Shown in pieces: positions 54,246 to 63,226 of a stretch of 64,000 nt of DNA. A program made the translations under genes and the position numbers. The notes beneath the pieces were generated by a model. That model did no database searches. It had not been told where the DNA came from and saw only the letters and a program-made list of their open reading frames with translations. Each line of letters begins with the position of its first letter. Within the stretch, counting starts at the first letter, position 1. The stretch covers positions 18,539 through 82,538 of the forward strand of contig DUET01000025.1 of NCBI GenBank assembly GCA_011192015.1, in the 5' to 3' direction. This DNA is from Anaerolineae bacterium (GTDB taxonomy: Bacteria; Chloroflexota; Anaerolineae; Anaerolineales; E44-bin32).

Positions 54246-55181
54246 ATGTGGACCATAGGCATCTTAGCATTTGCGGTCATCATGGCGATTGTGCTGGTCA
54301 TTGCAGCGCTGAGGGCGCCGGAACCCACTGATCCCGTTACACAGCGTTTGGTCGAATATAGTGGTCGGGATGATGTGATGACGCTCGAAGAAATCGAGCT
54401 CTCTCAGGGTTTCTACGACCGGATCGTACTGCCCATGTTGAATCATATCGGCCGAATCGTCTTGCGCTTCACGCCACAAGCCACGCTGGAGAGCGCCAGA
54501 AAGCGTTTGGAGATGGCCGGGAATCCGATGCGTCTCGAACCTGGTTTCTTCCTGGCGATGCGAATCATGCTTGCCATCATGCTCGGTGGCGTGGTGTTCT
54601 TCGTCTTTGCAGTCAGCAGGAGGAATTGGGGTCAGGGATTGCTGCTTACAGGCTTGTTTCTGGCGCTGGGATTTGTCCTGCCCGATATGTGGTTGACGGG
54701 ACGTATCAAAAGCCGCCAACAAGAAACCTTCAGATCCATGCCGGATGCGCTAGATCTTCTGACCATCAGTGTAGAAGCGGGATTGGGCTTCGATGCCGCC
54801 ATGGCTCATGTGTCTGAGAAGTGGGAAGATGTCCTTTCCCTGGAATTCGGTCGCGTGCTGCGTGAGATTCGTTTGGGCAAGACCCGGCGGCAGGCGCTGC
54901 GTGCGATGGCCGACCGGCTTGGTGTTCCAGAGATGACCAGTTTCGTAGCAGCTGTGATCCAGTCGGAGCAATTGGGCGTGAGCATGGGCACGGTGCTGCG
55001 GGTCCAATCCGACCAAATGCGTGTTCGAAGACGGCAGATGGCAGAAGAAGAGGCGCAGAGGGCTCCGGTCAAGATCGTCTTTCCCATTGGTCTGCTGATC
55101 TTCCCATCCTTGCTCATCATTTTGCTCGGACCTGCGGCGCTGCAAATGCTGACCTCACCGATGGGAGCGATGTTCCGTTAG
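54246..55181 (+). CDS. tadC: Tad pilus platform protein TadC (T2SSF domain)
   Basis: 311 aa. The core (LPDALDLLTISVEAGLGFDAA) aligns by eye with the matching region of the tadB product. Confidence 0.8.
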   Translation: MWTIGILAFAVIMAIVLVIAALRAPEPTDPVTQRLVEYSGRDDVMTLEEIELSQGFYDRIVLPMLNHIGRIVLRFTPQATLESARKRLEMAGNPMRLEPGFFLAMRIMLAIMLGGVVFFVFAVSRRNWGQGLLLTGLFLALGFVLPDMWLTGRIKSRQQETFRSMPDALDLLTISVEAGLGFDAAMAHVSEKWEDVLSLEFGRVLREIRLGKTRRQALRAMADRLGVPEMTSFVAAVIQSEQLGVSMGTVLRVQSDQMRVRRRQMAEEEAQRAPVKIVFPIGLLIFPSLLIILLGPAALQMLTSPMGAMFR

Positions 55182-55227
55182 CCTCCGTAACTAGAAAACC
55201 TCGCTTCACCAGGGGGATAGGGATGCC

Positions 55228-55935
55228 ATGACTGCTACGATTCCCTGTCTAGTCAGGAAATTCTGGCAATCTGGACTCGATTTACTCTTCCCTCCACGTT
55301 GTGCCGGCTGTGGAATTCCAGGAACGGTTTGGTGCGCCACTTGTGACGACCGGTTGATCAAGCTACGGGCAAGAATCTGTCCGCTCTGTGGAGGCAGGCT
55401 GCCTCGTTCCGGCATATGTCGCAACTGCAGCACGAACCCACTGCCGCTTCCTGTGCGTTCCTATGCTCTGTACGAAGGTCCCTTAACCCGCGCCCTGCTG
55501 CAACTCAAATACCGACCCAATCGGCGTCTGGCTGAGACAATGGCAGTTTGGTTGACGAGCTTGTTCCAGCGGGAGGGTTGGAGCGCTTCCATGGTTGTTG
55601 CGGTCCCTCTCGCAGTTTCCCGTCTGCGTCAGCGAGGGTATAATCAAGTTACCTTGATCGCCTCAGCTTTAGCCAGGATGCTTGAGTTGCCCTATGATGC
55701 AAAAGCGCTGCGACGCATCCGAGATACTCCTTCCCAGGTTGGACTCAACCCAACAGAGCGATGGAACAACGTTTCAGGAGCCTTCAGGTCTTACCTCTCA
55801 AACGGATCCTCACAGACGGTGCTCCTGGTGGACGACCTCTTCACCACCGGCGCTACGATGGCCGCTTGTGCATCCGCTTTGAAGGCAAGCGGGGTGAAGA
55901 ATCTCATGGGATTGACTGTTGCACGCGCACGTTAG
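55228..55935 (+). CDS. comF: ComF-family phosphoribosyltransferase-domain protein
   Basis: N-terminal double CxxC zinc ribbon and C-terminal PRTase motif VLLVDDLFTTGAT. Confidence 0.8.
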   Translation: MTATIPCLVRKFWQSGLDLLFPPRCAGCGIPGTVWCATCDDRLIKLRARICPLCGGRLPRSGICRNCSTNPLPLPVRSYALYEGPLTRALLQLKYRPNRRLAETMAVWLTSLFQREGWSASMVVAVPLAVSRLRQRGYNQVTLIASALARMLELPYDAKALRRIRDTPSQVGLNPTERWNNVSGAFRSYLSNGSSQTVLLVDDLFTTGATMAACASALKASGVKNLMGLTVARAR

Positions 55936-55965
55936 TTTCCTAATCACGAATTTCAAGGAGAGATA

Positions 55966-56532
55966 ATGGCAGTCAAAGTGGTAATCAACACTCACAATCT
56001 CGATCTGAGTGACCGACTGCGAGATTATGTCACGAGCAAAGTGTCGAAGCTCGATCGGTACCTGGATGTACTCGAAGAAGCCAAGGTCGATCTTTCCTAT
56101 GCCAAGACGGCACGAGATGCGAACGACCGTCAGGTGGCTCAATTGACGGTACGTGGAAGAGGCGTGCTGCTGCGGGCGGAGGAGCGCACGGATGACATCT
56201 TCGCCTCCGTGGACGCGGTGTTGGATAAGATCAGCCGTCAGATTGAACGTTATAAGGGGCGCCGCTGGCGCAAACGAGGAGACGGGCGCACGGCCACGGA
56301 TGCAGGAAGCAGAGCTATAGCCATGGAGGAGGAGGCCGAACCCGAGGAAACGATTGTGCGGCGGAAACAGTTCCTGCTCACACCCATGGATGTGGAGGAA
56401 GCCATTGATCAGATGGAACTGCTCAGCCATGATCAATTCTTCGTGTTCCTGAACGCCGATACCAATCAAACCAATATCCTGTATCGGCGACGAGACGGAA
56501 CTCTGGGGCTCATCGAAACAGAGATCGGATAA
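55966..56532 (+). CDS. hpf: Long-form ribosome hibernation promoting factor
   Basis: 188 aa with an N-terminal sigma-54-modulation/S30AE fold pattern and a C-terminal dimerisation domain (FLLTPMDVEEAI...FFVFLN). AAGGAGAG SD. Confidence 0.85.
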   Translation: MAVKVVINTHNLDLSDRLRDYVTSKVSKLDRYLDVLEEAKVDLSYAKTARDANDRQVAQLTVRGRGVLLRAEERTDDIFASVDAVLDKISRQIERYKGRRWRKRGDGRTATDAGSRAIAMEEEAEPEETIVRRKQFLLTPMDVEEAIDQMELLSHDQFFVFLNADTNQTNILYRRRDGTLGLIETEIG

Positions 56533-56575
56533 TCCATCGGATACATCCTTGCCAGTATCCAATAACAGACACACC

Positions 56576-57688
56576 ATGAAGACGACCATCCCCGCCATTG
56601 TCATGACGCCTCCTTCGGGCTCCTCCCGAGCCGAGCAGTGGATGGCCCTTGGCCGCCGGGCGGCAACCCTCGATTTACTTTCCCTACTCATAAATCATGA
56701 GGCAATCGATCCCGTCTTCGTAATGGCCGCGGGAGATCGGGACCGGGAAGCGTTTACCTCTGCGGGAGCGGTAGCACTGGAGGAGCAAGCCGAGCCCTTC
56801 CATTTCGGCAGAGCCCTGGCGGGATTTACCGAGCATGGAGGGTTTGACAGCTTGGCGTATTTCGGTGGCGCAAGTGCGCCCCTGCTGCAGGAGGGTCTCC
56901 TCCATCAAGCCGTCGAGCGCCTGCACCGAACAAAAGGGCCAACGGCAGTCGTCAACAATCTGCATTCCACAGATTGGGCGCTGCTCAATTCCGCCCAGGC
57001 TCTCTCGGATTTGATCGAACAGCTTCCAGCGGACAATCCCCTGGGTTGGGTTCTCGAGCGGAAAGCCGGGTTTGATGTGCACGCACTCGAACCCTGTGCC
57101 GCCACCCAGGTCGACTTGGATACCCCGGCGGATTTGATCCTGCTGCTGGACCATCCTCATTTGGGTGAAAGGTTGGCATCGTTTCTACTGAAATCGCCGG
57201 GTTTCCTGAGGCAGCGTGTTGAAAGATTGCGAGAGATTCTCTCTTCGTATGGGAGCACGTTGATTGTGATCGGAAGATCGTCTTCCAACGCTTGGATGCT
57301 GCTCGAGCGGAAAACACAGATCTGGGTGCGGATGTTCGTCGAGGAACGGGGCATGTCTGCCAGCGGACGTCTGCAACGGGGGGAGGTGCGATCCCTGCTG
57401 GCGGCAATGCTCGAGGGTATGGGACCTGAAACCTTCGTCGAGGAGCTTTCTTCGCTGGGTGATGCGGTGTTGTGGGATAGTCGTGTTTGGATGGCACACC
57501 GTGGCCCATTTCCCTCACCGGCCGACCGCTTCGCTGCAGATCTCGGATGGGTGGATCAGATTGCGGATCCAGCATTGCGTCGATTGACCTACGCAGTCAA
57601 TCATGCTTCCATTCCGATCATCACCGGCGGACATGGTGTGGTTTCCGGGGGCGTGTATGCGCTGGTTGAGGGAATGAAGGGGGACTGA
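56576..57688 (+). CDS. Hypothetical protein; the N-terminal half is reminiscent of MobA/CofC-type nucleotidyltransferase folds
   Basis: About 370 aa and soluble. The only recognisable element is a DLDTPADL-type motif. The start is uncertain (track TTG at 56549 or ATG at 56576). Confidence 0.45.
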   Translation: MKTTIPAIVMTPPSGSSRAEQWMALGRRAATLDLLSLLINHEAIDPVFVMAAGDRDREAFTSAGAVALEEQAEPFHFGRALAGFTEHGGFDSLAYFGGASAPLLQEGLLHQAVERLHRTKGPTAVVNNLHSTDWALLNSAQALSDLIEQLPADNPLGWVLERKAGFDVHALEPCAATQVDLDTPADLILLLDHPHLGERLASFLLKSPGFLRQRVERLREILSSYGSTLIVIGRSSSNAWMLLERKTQIWVRMFVEERGMSASGRLQRGEVRSLLAAMLEGMGPETFVEELSSLGDAVLWDSRVWMAHRGPFPSPADRFAADLGWVDQIADPALRRLTYAVNHASIPIITGGHGVVSGGVYALVEGMKGD

Positions 57689-57689
57689 A

Positions 57690-58193
57690 TTACCAGCCTT
57701 CGAGGAACTGGCGCCAGTCCTGATTCTTTGTGAGGTGTGTGCCGTAGAGGTAGACAGCCGTTGGGCGTGGTTCGGATGGTCGGTGAAGCAGGTGCATCCG
57801 GGCTTCCCCCAGCGTTCGGCCGCCCTTTTTCGTGTTGCATGAAGCGCAAGCCGTGACGAGATTCGCCCAGCTGTGATCGCCGCCTCGATGCCGTGGGATC
57901 ACATGATCGATCGTCAGAAGAGCAGCCTTAGCCCCACAGTATTGGCAACGGTACTGATCGCGTCTGAAGAGTTCGCGTTTGCTGAGACGAACGCGAGGAT
58001 GTGGGCGTTTGATCATGTAGTCCAGGCGGATCACGGAGGGTCGAGGGTAGAGTTCGCGCACCGTGCGCACGAAGCCGCGGCCGTTCAAGAGCATTTCGGC
58101 TCTCCCACCGAGCATCAGGCCCAGGGCACGTTTCGTGGAGCAGACGTTCAGCGGTTCGAAATTGGCATTCAAAACCAGCACCGGCGTGTTCAT
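57690..58193 (-). CDS. HNH endonuclease family protein
   Basis: CQYCG...IDHVIPRHRGGDHSWANLVTACASCNTKKG (HNH with Cys4). Confidence 0.8.
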   Translation of the reverse strand: MNTPVLVLNANFEPLNVCSTKRALGLMLGGRAEMLLNGRGFVRTVRELYPRPSVIRLDYMIKRPHPRVRLSKRELFRRDQYRCQYCGAKAALLTIDHVIPRHRGGDHSWANLVTACASCNTKKGGRTLGEARMHLLHRPSEPRPTAVYLYGTHLTKNQDWRQFLEGW

Positions 58194-58260
58194 GCTCTCG
58201 TCCTCAACTTGGCAGAGATTATATCACTCGGCTCTCGCTCCGCAAGTTAGTGGATTTACA

Positions 58261-58300
58261 TAAAGAAAGAGCCCCGGTTTCGTGAGCAGAAACCGGGGCT
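58261..58300 (-). terminator. Intrinsic terminator of the phn operon
   Basis: Perfect 11-bp stem GCCCCGGTTTC / GAAACCGGGGC with a 7-nt loop, followed on the minus strand by TCTTTCTTTAT. Confidence 0.7.
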
Positions 58301-58319
58301 GTGATCGTGTTTGGCGAGG

Positions 58320-59843
58320 TTAAACGAACCGCTTCCGGATCTCAGCGCTGACGAAGTCCAGGATCGCAACCGTGATGGCAATGAACCAGACTGCGATACC
58401 TGCTGCACGATAATCCAGGAGTTTGATCCACTGATAGAGCAGGAAGCCGATGCCGCCGCCACCTACCATGCCGATGATGGTCGACATGCGAACATTGATG
58501 TCCCATCGATAGATCGTGAAGGAGACAAATGGAGGAATGATCTGTGGGATTACGCCATAAACGACCGTCTGCAGCCAATTGGCGCCCGTCGCTTGGATGG
58601 CTTCGATCGGCCCGGGATCGATGCTCTCGATGGCCTCGGAGTAGAGCTTGCCCAGCGCTGCGATGCTGTGCACGGTGAGTGCCAGGATGCCGGCAAAGGG
58701 ACCGAGGCCGACGATAATCGTCGCGATGACGGCCCAGATCAGGGGTTCGATCGATCGTACAATGTTGAGCACGCCTCGTACGAGGTAGTAGATGATGACG
58801 GTGATCCAGGAAGCCGACATCAGGTTTCGGGCCGCCAGGAAACTGATCGGAACTGAAAAGACAATCCCGAAGCATGTCGCCATCATGCCCAGAAAGATGG
58901 TCTCGATCATGTGGCTGATGGCGAGTTTCAGCTCCGTGCTCGCCTGGGCTTCACCCAGCGAGGCGACCTGCTGACCGAAGACAGCCCAATATTGGAATTC
59001 CCCCACATCTGTCGGCAGGAGCCGATAGGGCATGATGATATCGATCTCGAAGCCTCCCTCATCATCGCTCATGACCGAGATGTACTCACCGCCCTGACGC
59101 TGACGGAACTCGTTCCCGATGGGGTCCTCCCACATGATATCGACTTCCATGTTGGGGATGAAGTTGCCTCCGATGAGGTGCAGGGGGCTTCCCTCGGGAC
59201 CTTGTTGCACCGAGAGAACACCACACGTGGGATCGGAGATCACGTAAGCCTCATCCGGGAGTATCTCACTTTGCGCTGGTGGATTCTCCGAGCAGGGGAT
59301 TTCAATAATCGCCTCGCCGCGAATCAGCTCCTCTGGCCTTTCGATCGCTCGTGACCATGGCCACATGACCTGACTGAGTCTGTATCTGCCCTCATCCAGA
59401 CCGGTTATGAAACGAACCAAGTTGATGTCGCTGAGCTGCCATCCCAGGAAGAAGAACAGTACGGCGATCAAGATGAACAGTCCAGCAGCATTCCGTTCGA
59501 CGCCCCTTATAAGGAAGTAGGCGTCGATCGAGGCGAGAATCATGAAGATGATTGCGAGGATCAGAATGAATAGCAGCATCGGTTCGAGCCGTATCCCCTT
59601 CAGAAAGATGGGTACGAAGCCCGTGTCGCGTGGAGCCGCCTCGACGAAGCGCCAAACGATAAGCCCGCCGATGGTGGCATAGCTAGCCAGCATTAGGAGG
59701 GCTCGGCGAATTTTCCTCGCGAATAGCTGCCCGAGTCCAGGCAGGAAGAAGGTCAGAATCGCTACAACAATTGCTTGAATGGGATTTGGACGAGGTTGTA
59801 TCGGAGGGGATGGTTTGGGTTCAATCACCAGATTACTCCTCAT
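58320..59843 (-). CDS. phnE: Phosphonate ABC transporter permease PhnE with a long N-terminal extension
   Basis: The C-terminal ~270 aa are a canonical PhnE core. The N-terminal ~240 aa add extra TM segments and a roughly 150-aa exported domain. Confidence 0.8.
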   Translation of the reverse strand: MRSNLVIEPKPSPPIQPRPNPIQAIVVAILTFFLPGLGQLFARKIRRALLMLASYATIGGLIVWRFVEAAPRDTGFVPIFLKGIRLEPMLLFILILAIIFMILASIDAYFLIRGVERNAAGLFILIAVLFFFLGWQLSDINLVRFITGLDEGRYRLSQVMWPWSRAIERPEELIRGEAIIEIPCSENPPAQSEILPDEAYVISDPTCGVLSVQQGPEGSPLHLIGGNFIPNMEVDIMWEDPIGNEFRQRQGGEYISVMSDDEGGFEIDIIMPYRLLPTDVGEFQYWAVFGQQVASLGEAQASTELKLAISHMIETIFLGMMATCFGIVFSVPISFLAARNLMSASWITVIIYYLVRGVLNIVRSIEPLIWAVIATIIVGLGPFAGILALTVHSIAALGKLYSEAIESIDPGPIEAIQATGANWLQTVVYGVIPQIIPPFVSFTIYRWDINVRMSTIIGMVGGGGIGFLLYQWIKLLDYRAAGIAVWFIAITVAILDFVSAEIRKRFV

Positions 59844-60631
59844 GCGTCTTGGATAATTCCACCAATGGATTCTCCAACGCGTTCTGCTTCCTGCCCGTAG
59901 ATGTCCTTGAATTCAGCGTCTGTCATCGCTCGAATATCTCTTGCGCTGCCTCGATAGACAATCCTGCCTTCGTGTAGGCCGATCACGGTCGTGGCGTAGC
60001 GCTGGACTAGATCCAGGTAGTGCAGACTGCAGAGGATCGAGATGCGATCTTCTCTATTCAACCTTTCCAATTGCTGAAGGATCGAGTGAGCCAATACGGG
60101 GTCGAGGCTGGCCACGGGTTCGTCCGCAAGGATCAACTTGGGTTGCTGCATCAGTGCTCGGGCAATGCCCACACGCTGCTGCTGCCCGCCGCTCAACTCA
60201 TCGGCTCGTTTGCTTGCTTGTTCGGGGATTCCCAGACGCTCCAAAGCTTGATGTGCTAACTTCATATCTCCTTTGGAAAACCTCCCCATCACACTCAGTC
60301 GGATTGGTGTGTAGCCGAGTCTTCCAGCGAGGACATTGGTGAGAACGGAAGACCGTTTGACGAGGTTGAAATGCTGGAAGATCATACCAATGGATCGCCT
60401 TGTCTCTCGTAATTCCTTGCCTTTCAGCTTGGCCAGATCGATGCCGTTCCAAATGATCTCACCCTCAGTCGGATCGATCAGGCGGTTGATGCAGCGGAGC
60501 AAGGTCGATTTTCCCGAACCGCTCAGCCCGATGACGACCATGAATTCCCCATCCGGCAGTTTGAAACTCACATCGCGCAAGGCAACGGTTCCATCGTCAT
60601 AGATCTTGGTGAGATTGTGGACTTCAAGCAT
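59840..60631 (-). CDS. phnC: Phosphonate ABC transporter ATP-binding protein
   Basis: [29 protein letters not shown]; PhnC-like NVLAGRLG. Confidence 0.9.
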   Translation of the reverse strand: MLEVHNLTKIYDDGTVALRDVSFKLPDGEFMVVIGLSGSGKSTLLRCINRLIDPTEGEIIWNGIDLAKLKGKELRETRRSIGMIFQHFNLVKRSSVLTNVLAGRLGYTPIRLSVMGRFSKGDMKLAHQALERLGIPEQASKRADELSGGQQQRVGIARALMQQPKLILADEPVASLDPVLAHSILQQLERLNREDRISILCSLHYLDLVQRYATTVIGLHEGRIVYRGSARDIRAMTDAEFKDIYGQEAERVGESIGGIIQDA

Positions 60632-60645
60632 GTACGACCTCTCTG

Positions 60646-60680
60646 AAAAAACGCGGGAGGACAGGAGTTGTCCTCCCGCG
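60646..60680 (-). terminator. Intra-operon intrinsic terminator between phnD and phnC
   Basis: Perfect 12-bp stem CGCGGGAGGACA / TGTCCTCCCGCG with a 5-nt loop, followed on the minus strand by TTTTTT. Confidence 0.8.
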
Positions 60681-60720
60681 TCGTCAGTCTTGCTGACTAC
60701 TGACTTTCGCAGCGCTCTTT

Positions 60721-61635
60721 CTACTCGATATCGGCTGCCGAGACGCCATTGGCATCCAGGAACTGGCGGAAACCATCGTAGAAATCATCGCCTTGAAGCT
60801 CCAGACCACCCCACTGATAGGCGGTATCAAGAGCCTCCTGCCCTGCCTCAGTTTCGGCGAGTGCCAGGAGAGCCGTATTGATCTGATCGGCCAAATCCTG
60901 CGGGAAGTCTGTCTGATACTGAACACCGTCGTTGGGGATTCCTGTGAAGGTCTCGATGACCACAACGGCATCCATCACATCGGGGTATTCATCTTCGATG
61001 CGAGTGCGGGCGTCGATGTAGGAGCCACCGAGATCACATTGTCCGGTGTACACTCCCGCAACATTGGCATCGTGTGAATTGGTGTCGATGATCTCCAGAT
61101 CGGTGTCCGGATCGATACCAGCGCCCTTGAGCAGAATGCTCGGGATGATCCAGCTGCTCGTGCTGGTCTCATCACCACGGCAGTAGGTCTTGCCGGCCAT
61201 TTGATCCAGGCTCGTGAGACCCGAATCGGCGTGGACGAAGATCTGGCCGGAGTAGGTTGGGTCGCCATAGCGGGTGGCAACGAGCTGTGCTGCAACACAA
61301 CCCTGATCCGCGGCAACGATGTAGGAGAAGGTATTCAGTGATGCCATGTGGGCATTCGGCGGCGAACTGCAGAGAGCCTCAATGGCTGCTGCATTCGACG
61401 TGGCGACATACGTGTCGATCACCAAGCCGGTTTCCTGAAAGATCAAATCAGCCATGGCCTCGCCACCGGCGGCGACGCGTTCCATCTCACCGGATGGCAC
61501 GAATACCCAGATGATCGGGTTTTCTTCCGTGCCCAGCGGTGCTTTGACGAACAGGCCGCAGGAGCTCAGGAGCATGCTTGCCACGAGCACGAGGCCTAGT
61601 GCAACTGTGTAGAACAATCGCTTCTTATGCATCAT
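60721..61635 (-). CDS. phnD: Phosphonate/phosphite ABC transporter substrate-binding lipoprotein
   Basis: Lipobox LLSSCG. PhnD-family pattern, sitting upstream of phnC/E. Confidence 0.85.
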   Translation of the reverse strand: MMHKKRLFYTVALGLVLVASMLLSSCGLFVKAPLGTEENPIIWVFVPSGEMERVAAGGEAMADLIFQETGLVIDTYVATSNAAAIEALCSSPPNAHMASLNTFSYIVAADQGCVAAQLVATRYGDPTYSGQIFVHADSGLTSLDQMAGKTYCRGDETSTSSWIIPSILLKGAGIDPDTDLEIIDTNSHDANVAGVYTGQCDLGGSYIDARTRIEDEYPDVMDAVVVIETFTGIPNDGVQYQTDFPQDLADQINTALLALAETEAGQEALDTAYQWGGLELQGDDFYDGFRQFLDANGVSAADIE

Positions 61636-61823
61636 CTTCTCTTCCTTTTAGTCTGAGATTGCATGTAGCATTGGCTCTGGCGGTATCGGATAGAATTCTG
61701 TGATTGTCTTCGCGTTTCACCTCCTAGAAGTAGTTTGACGGACAGATCATAGCGCGGTTTTTCAACATGCGCAAGCAGTTGCGATCTTGTCCATGGTGGG
61801 TGTGAGGGTTACAATTCCACGTT

Positions 61824-63224
61824 ATGACCGATGCCCACACCTTCCAGGATGCTCTGGACTATCTCTACAGTTTTGCGGATTATAGCAAGAAACGCACGTA
61901 CCGCTACTCGGCAGAAGTCTTTGACCTGCAGCGCGTGCATGACCTGCTGCATGTGCTTGGAGATCCACAGGACCAATTCGCCAGCTTCCACATAGCCGGC
62001 ACGAAGGGGAAGGGGTCCGTTTCAGCGTTGATTGCTGCGGCTTTGGATGCTGCAGGATACCGAACGGGGCTTTATACCTCACCTCATCTCCGACACTTCA
62101 CCGAACGCATTCGCATCGGAGATGCGGATATCCCAGAGCAGGAAGTTGCAGATCTGGTGTTCGAAATCCGAGATAGGGCCGAGGGCATCACCGGCCTCAC
62201 AACTTACGAATGGATCACAGCACTGGGTTTCCTGTATTTCGCCCGACAGGAAGTCGATTTGGCTGTGGTAGAGGTCGGTTTAGGGGGCAGGTTGGATGCG
62301 ACCAATGTTCTCGATCCGATGGTGGTGGTAATCACGTCTCTTTCCTACGATCACATGCACCTTCTGGGAGATAGTCTCTCGGATATCGCACGTGAAAAAG
62401 CGGGCATCATCAAACCCGATGTGCCGATCGTGCTCGCTCCTCAGCAGTATGAAGCCGAACGTGTGGTGGAGGATATCGCCCGGGAGCTGAATGCTCCTCT
62501 CGTGCGTGTGGGGAAGGATTGGCTCTACGCACCCGGTACGCACGATCTCCATCGGCAGAATCTCTTCATCTGGCCGGATGACGAACAACCGCTCATGGAC
62601 GCCTATGTGGAATCAGGCGGCATGGAGGAATGGGTTCCGCCGCGTTTTGAGATCCCCCTGTTGGGCTACCATCAAGTCATCAACGCGACGGTGGCCTACG
62701 CAAGCCTCCGGGTTGCCCGGGATACGAAATTGAAGGTCGAGGACGAGGCCATTCGAGAAGGATTTCGATCTGTCCACTGGCCGGGGCGCTTCCAGGTCCT
62801 GAGTGAATCACCGACCGTAGTCATCGACAGCGCGCACAATCGGGATTCAGCGCTAAAGTTGCGCATTGCGTTGGATGACTATTTCCCGGGTCAGCTGGTT
62901 ACACTCGTGTTTGGCGCCTCTACGGATAAGGACATTTCCGGGATGTTTGCCGACCTGCTGCCGCGGGTTTCTCGCCTGGTTGTTACTCAGGCAGAGCATC
63001 CCCGAGCCGCCGATCTTCATTCTCTGGCAGTCTTGGCACACGGTTTCGCCTTACGCGTCGAAACGGTCACTCCTGTGGCGAAGGCGCTCGAACATGCGAT
63101 CTCGATCGCTCGACCGGGGGAAGTGGTAGTTGTTGCAGGCAGCATATTTGTGGCAGGCGAATCGCTGGCAGCCTGGGAAGAGATTCGGAAGAAGATGCCC
63201 CTGGTGACCACCGAAAGGCAGTGA
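61824..63224 (+). CDS. folC: Bifunctional folylpolyglutamate synthase / dihydrofolate synthase
   Basis: HIAGTKGKGS P-loop, Mur-ligase family central and C-terminal domains. Confidence 0.9.
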   Translation: MTDAHTFQDALDYLYSFADYSKKRTYRYSAEVFDLQRVHDLLHVLGDPQDQFASFHIAGTKGKGSVSALIAAALDAAGYRTGLYTSPHLRHFTERIRIGDADIPEQEVADLVFEIRDRAEGITGLTTYEWITALGFLYFARQEVDLAVVEVGLGGRLDATNVLDPMVVVITSLSYDHMHLLGDSLSDIAREKAGIIKPDVPIVLAPQQYEAERVVEDIARELNAPLVRVGKDWLYAPGTHDLHRQNLFIWPDDEQPLMDAYVESGGMEEWVPPRFEIPLLGYHQVINATVAYASLRVARDTKLKVEDEAIREGFRSVHWPGRFQVLSESPTVVIDSAHNRDSALKLRIALDDYFPGQLVTLVFGASTDKDISGMFADLLPRVSRLVVTQAEHPRAADLHSLAVLAHGFALRVETVTPVAKALEHAISIARPGEVVVVAGSIFVAGESLAAWEEIRKKMPLVTTERQ

Positions 63225-63226
63225 TC

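Noticed and set aside
55228-55935. ComF as a functional part of the adjacent Tad pilus (a DNA-uptake machine)
   Set aside because: comF followed by hpf is a widely conserved housekeeping pairing (seen in Bacillus). No comEA/comEC/dprA genes are nearby, so adjacency to tadC is probably incidental.
57690-58193. HNH endonuclease as part of a restriction, defence or mobile element
   Set aside because: It is a single small conserved-looking HNH protein. No methylase, helicase, integrase, repeats or composition change sit nearby, so there is no evidence for a system.
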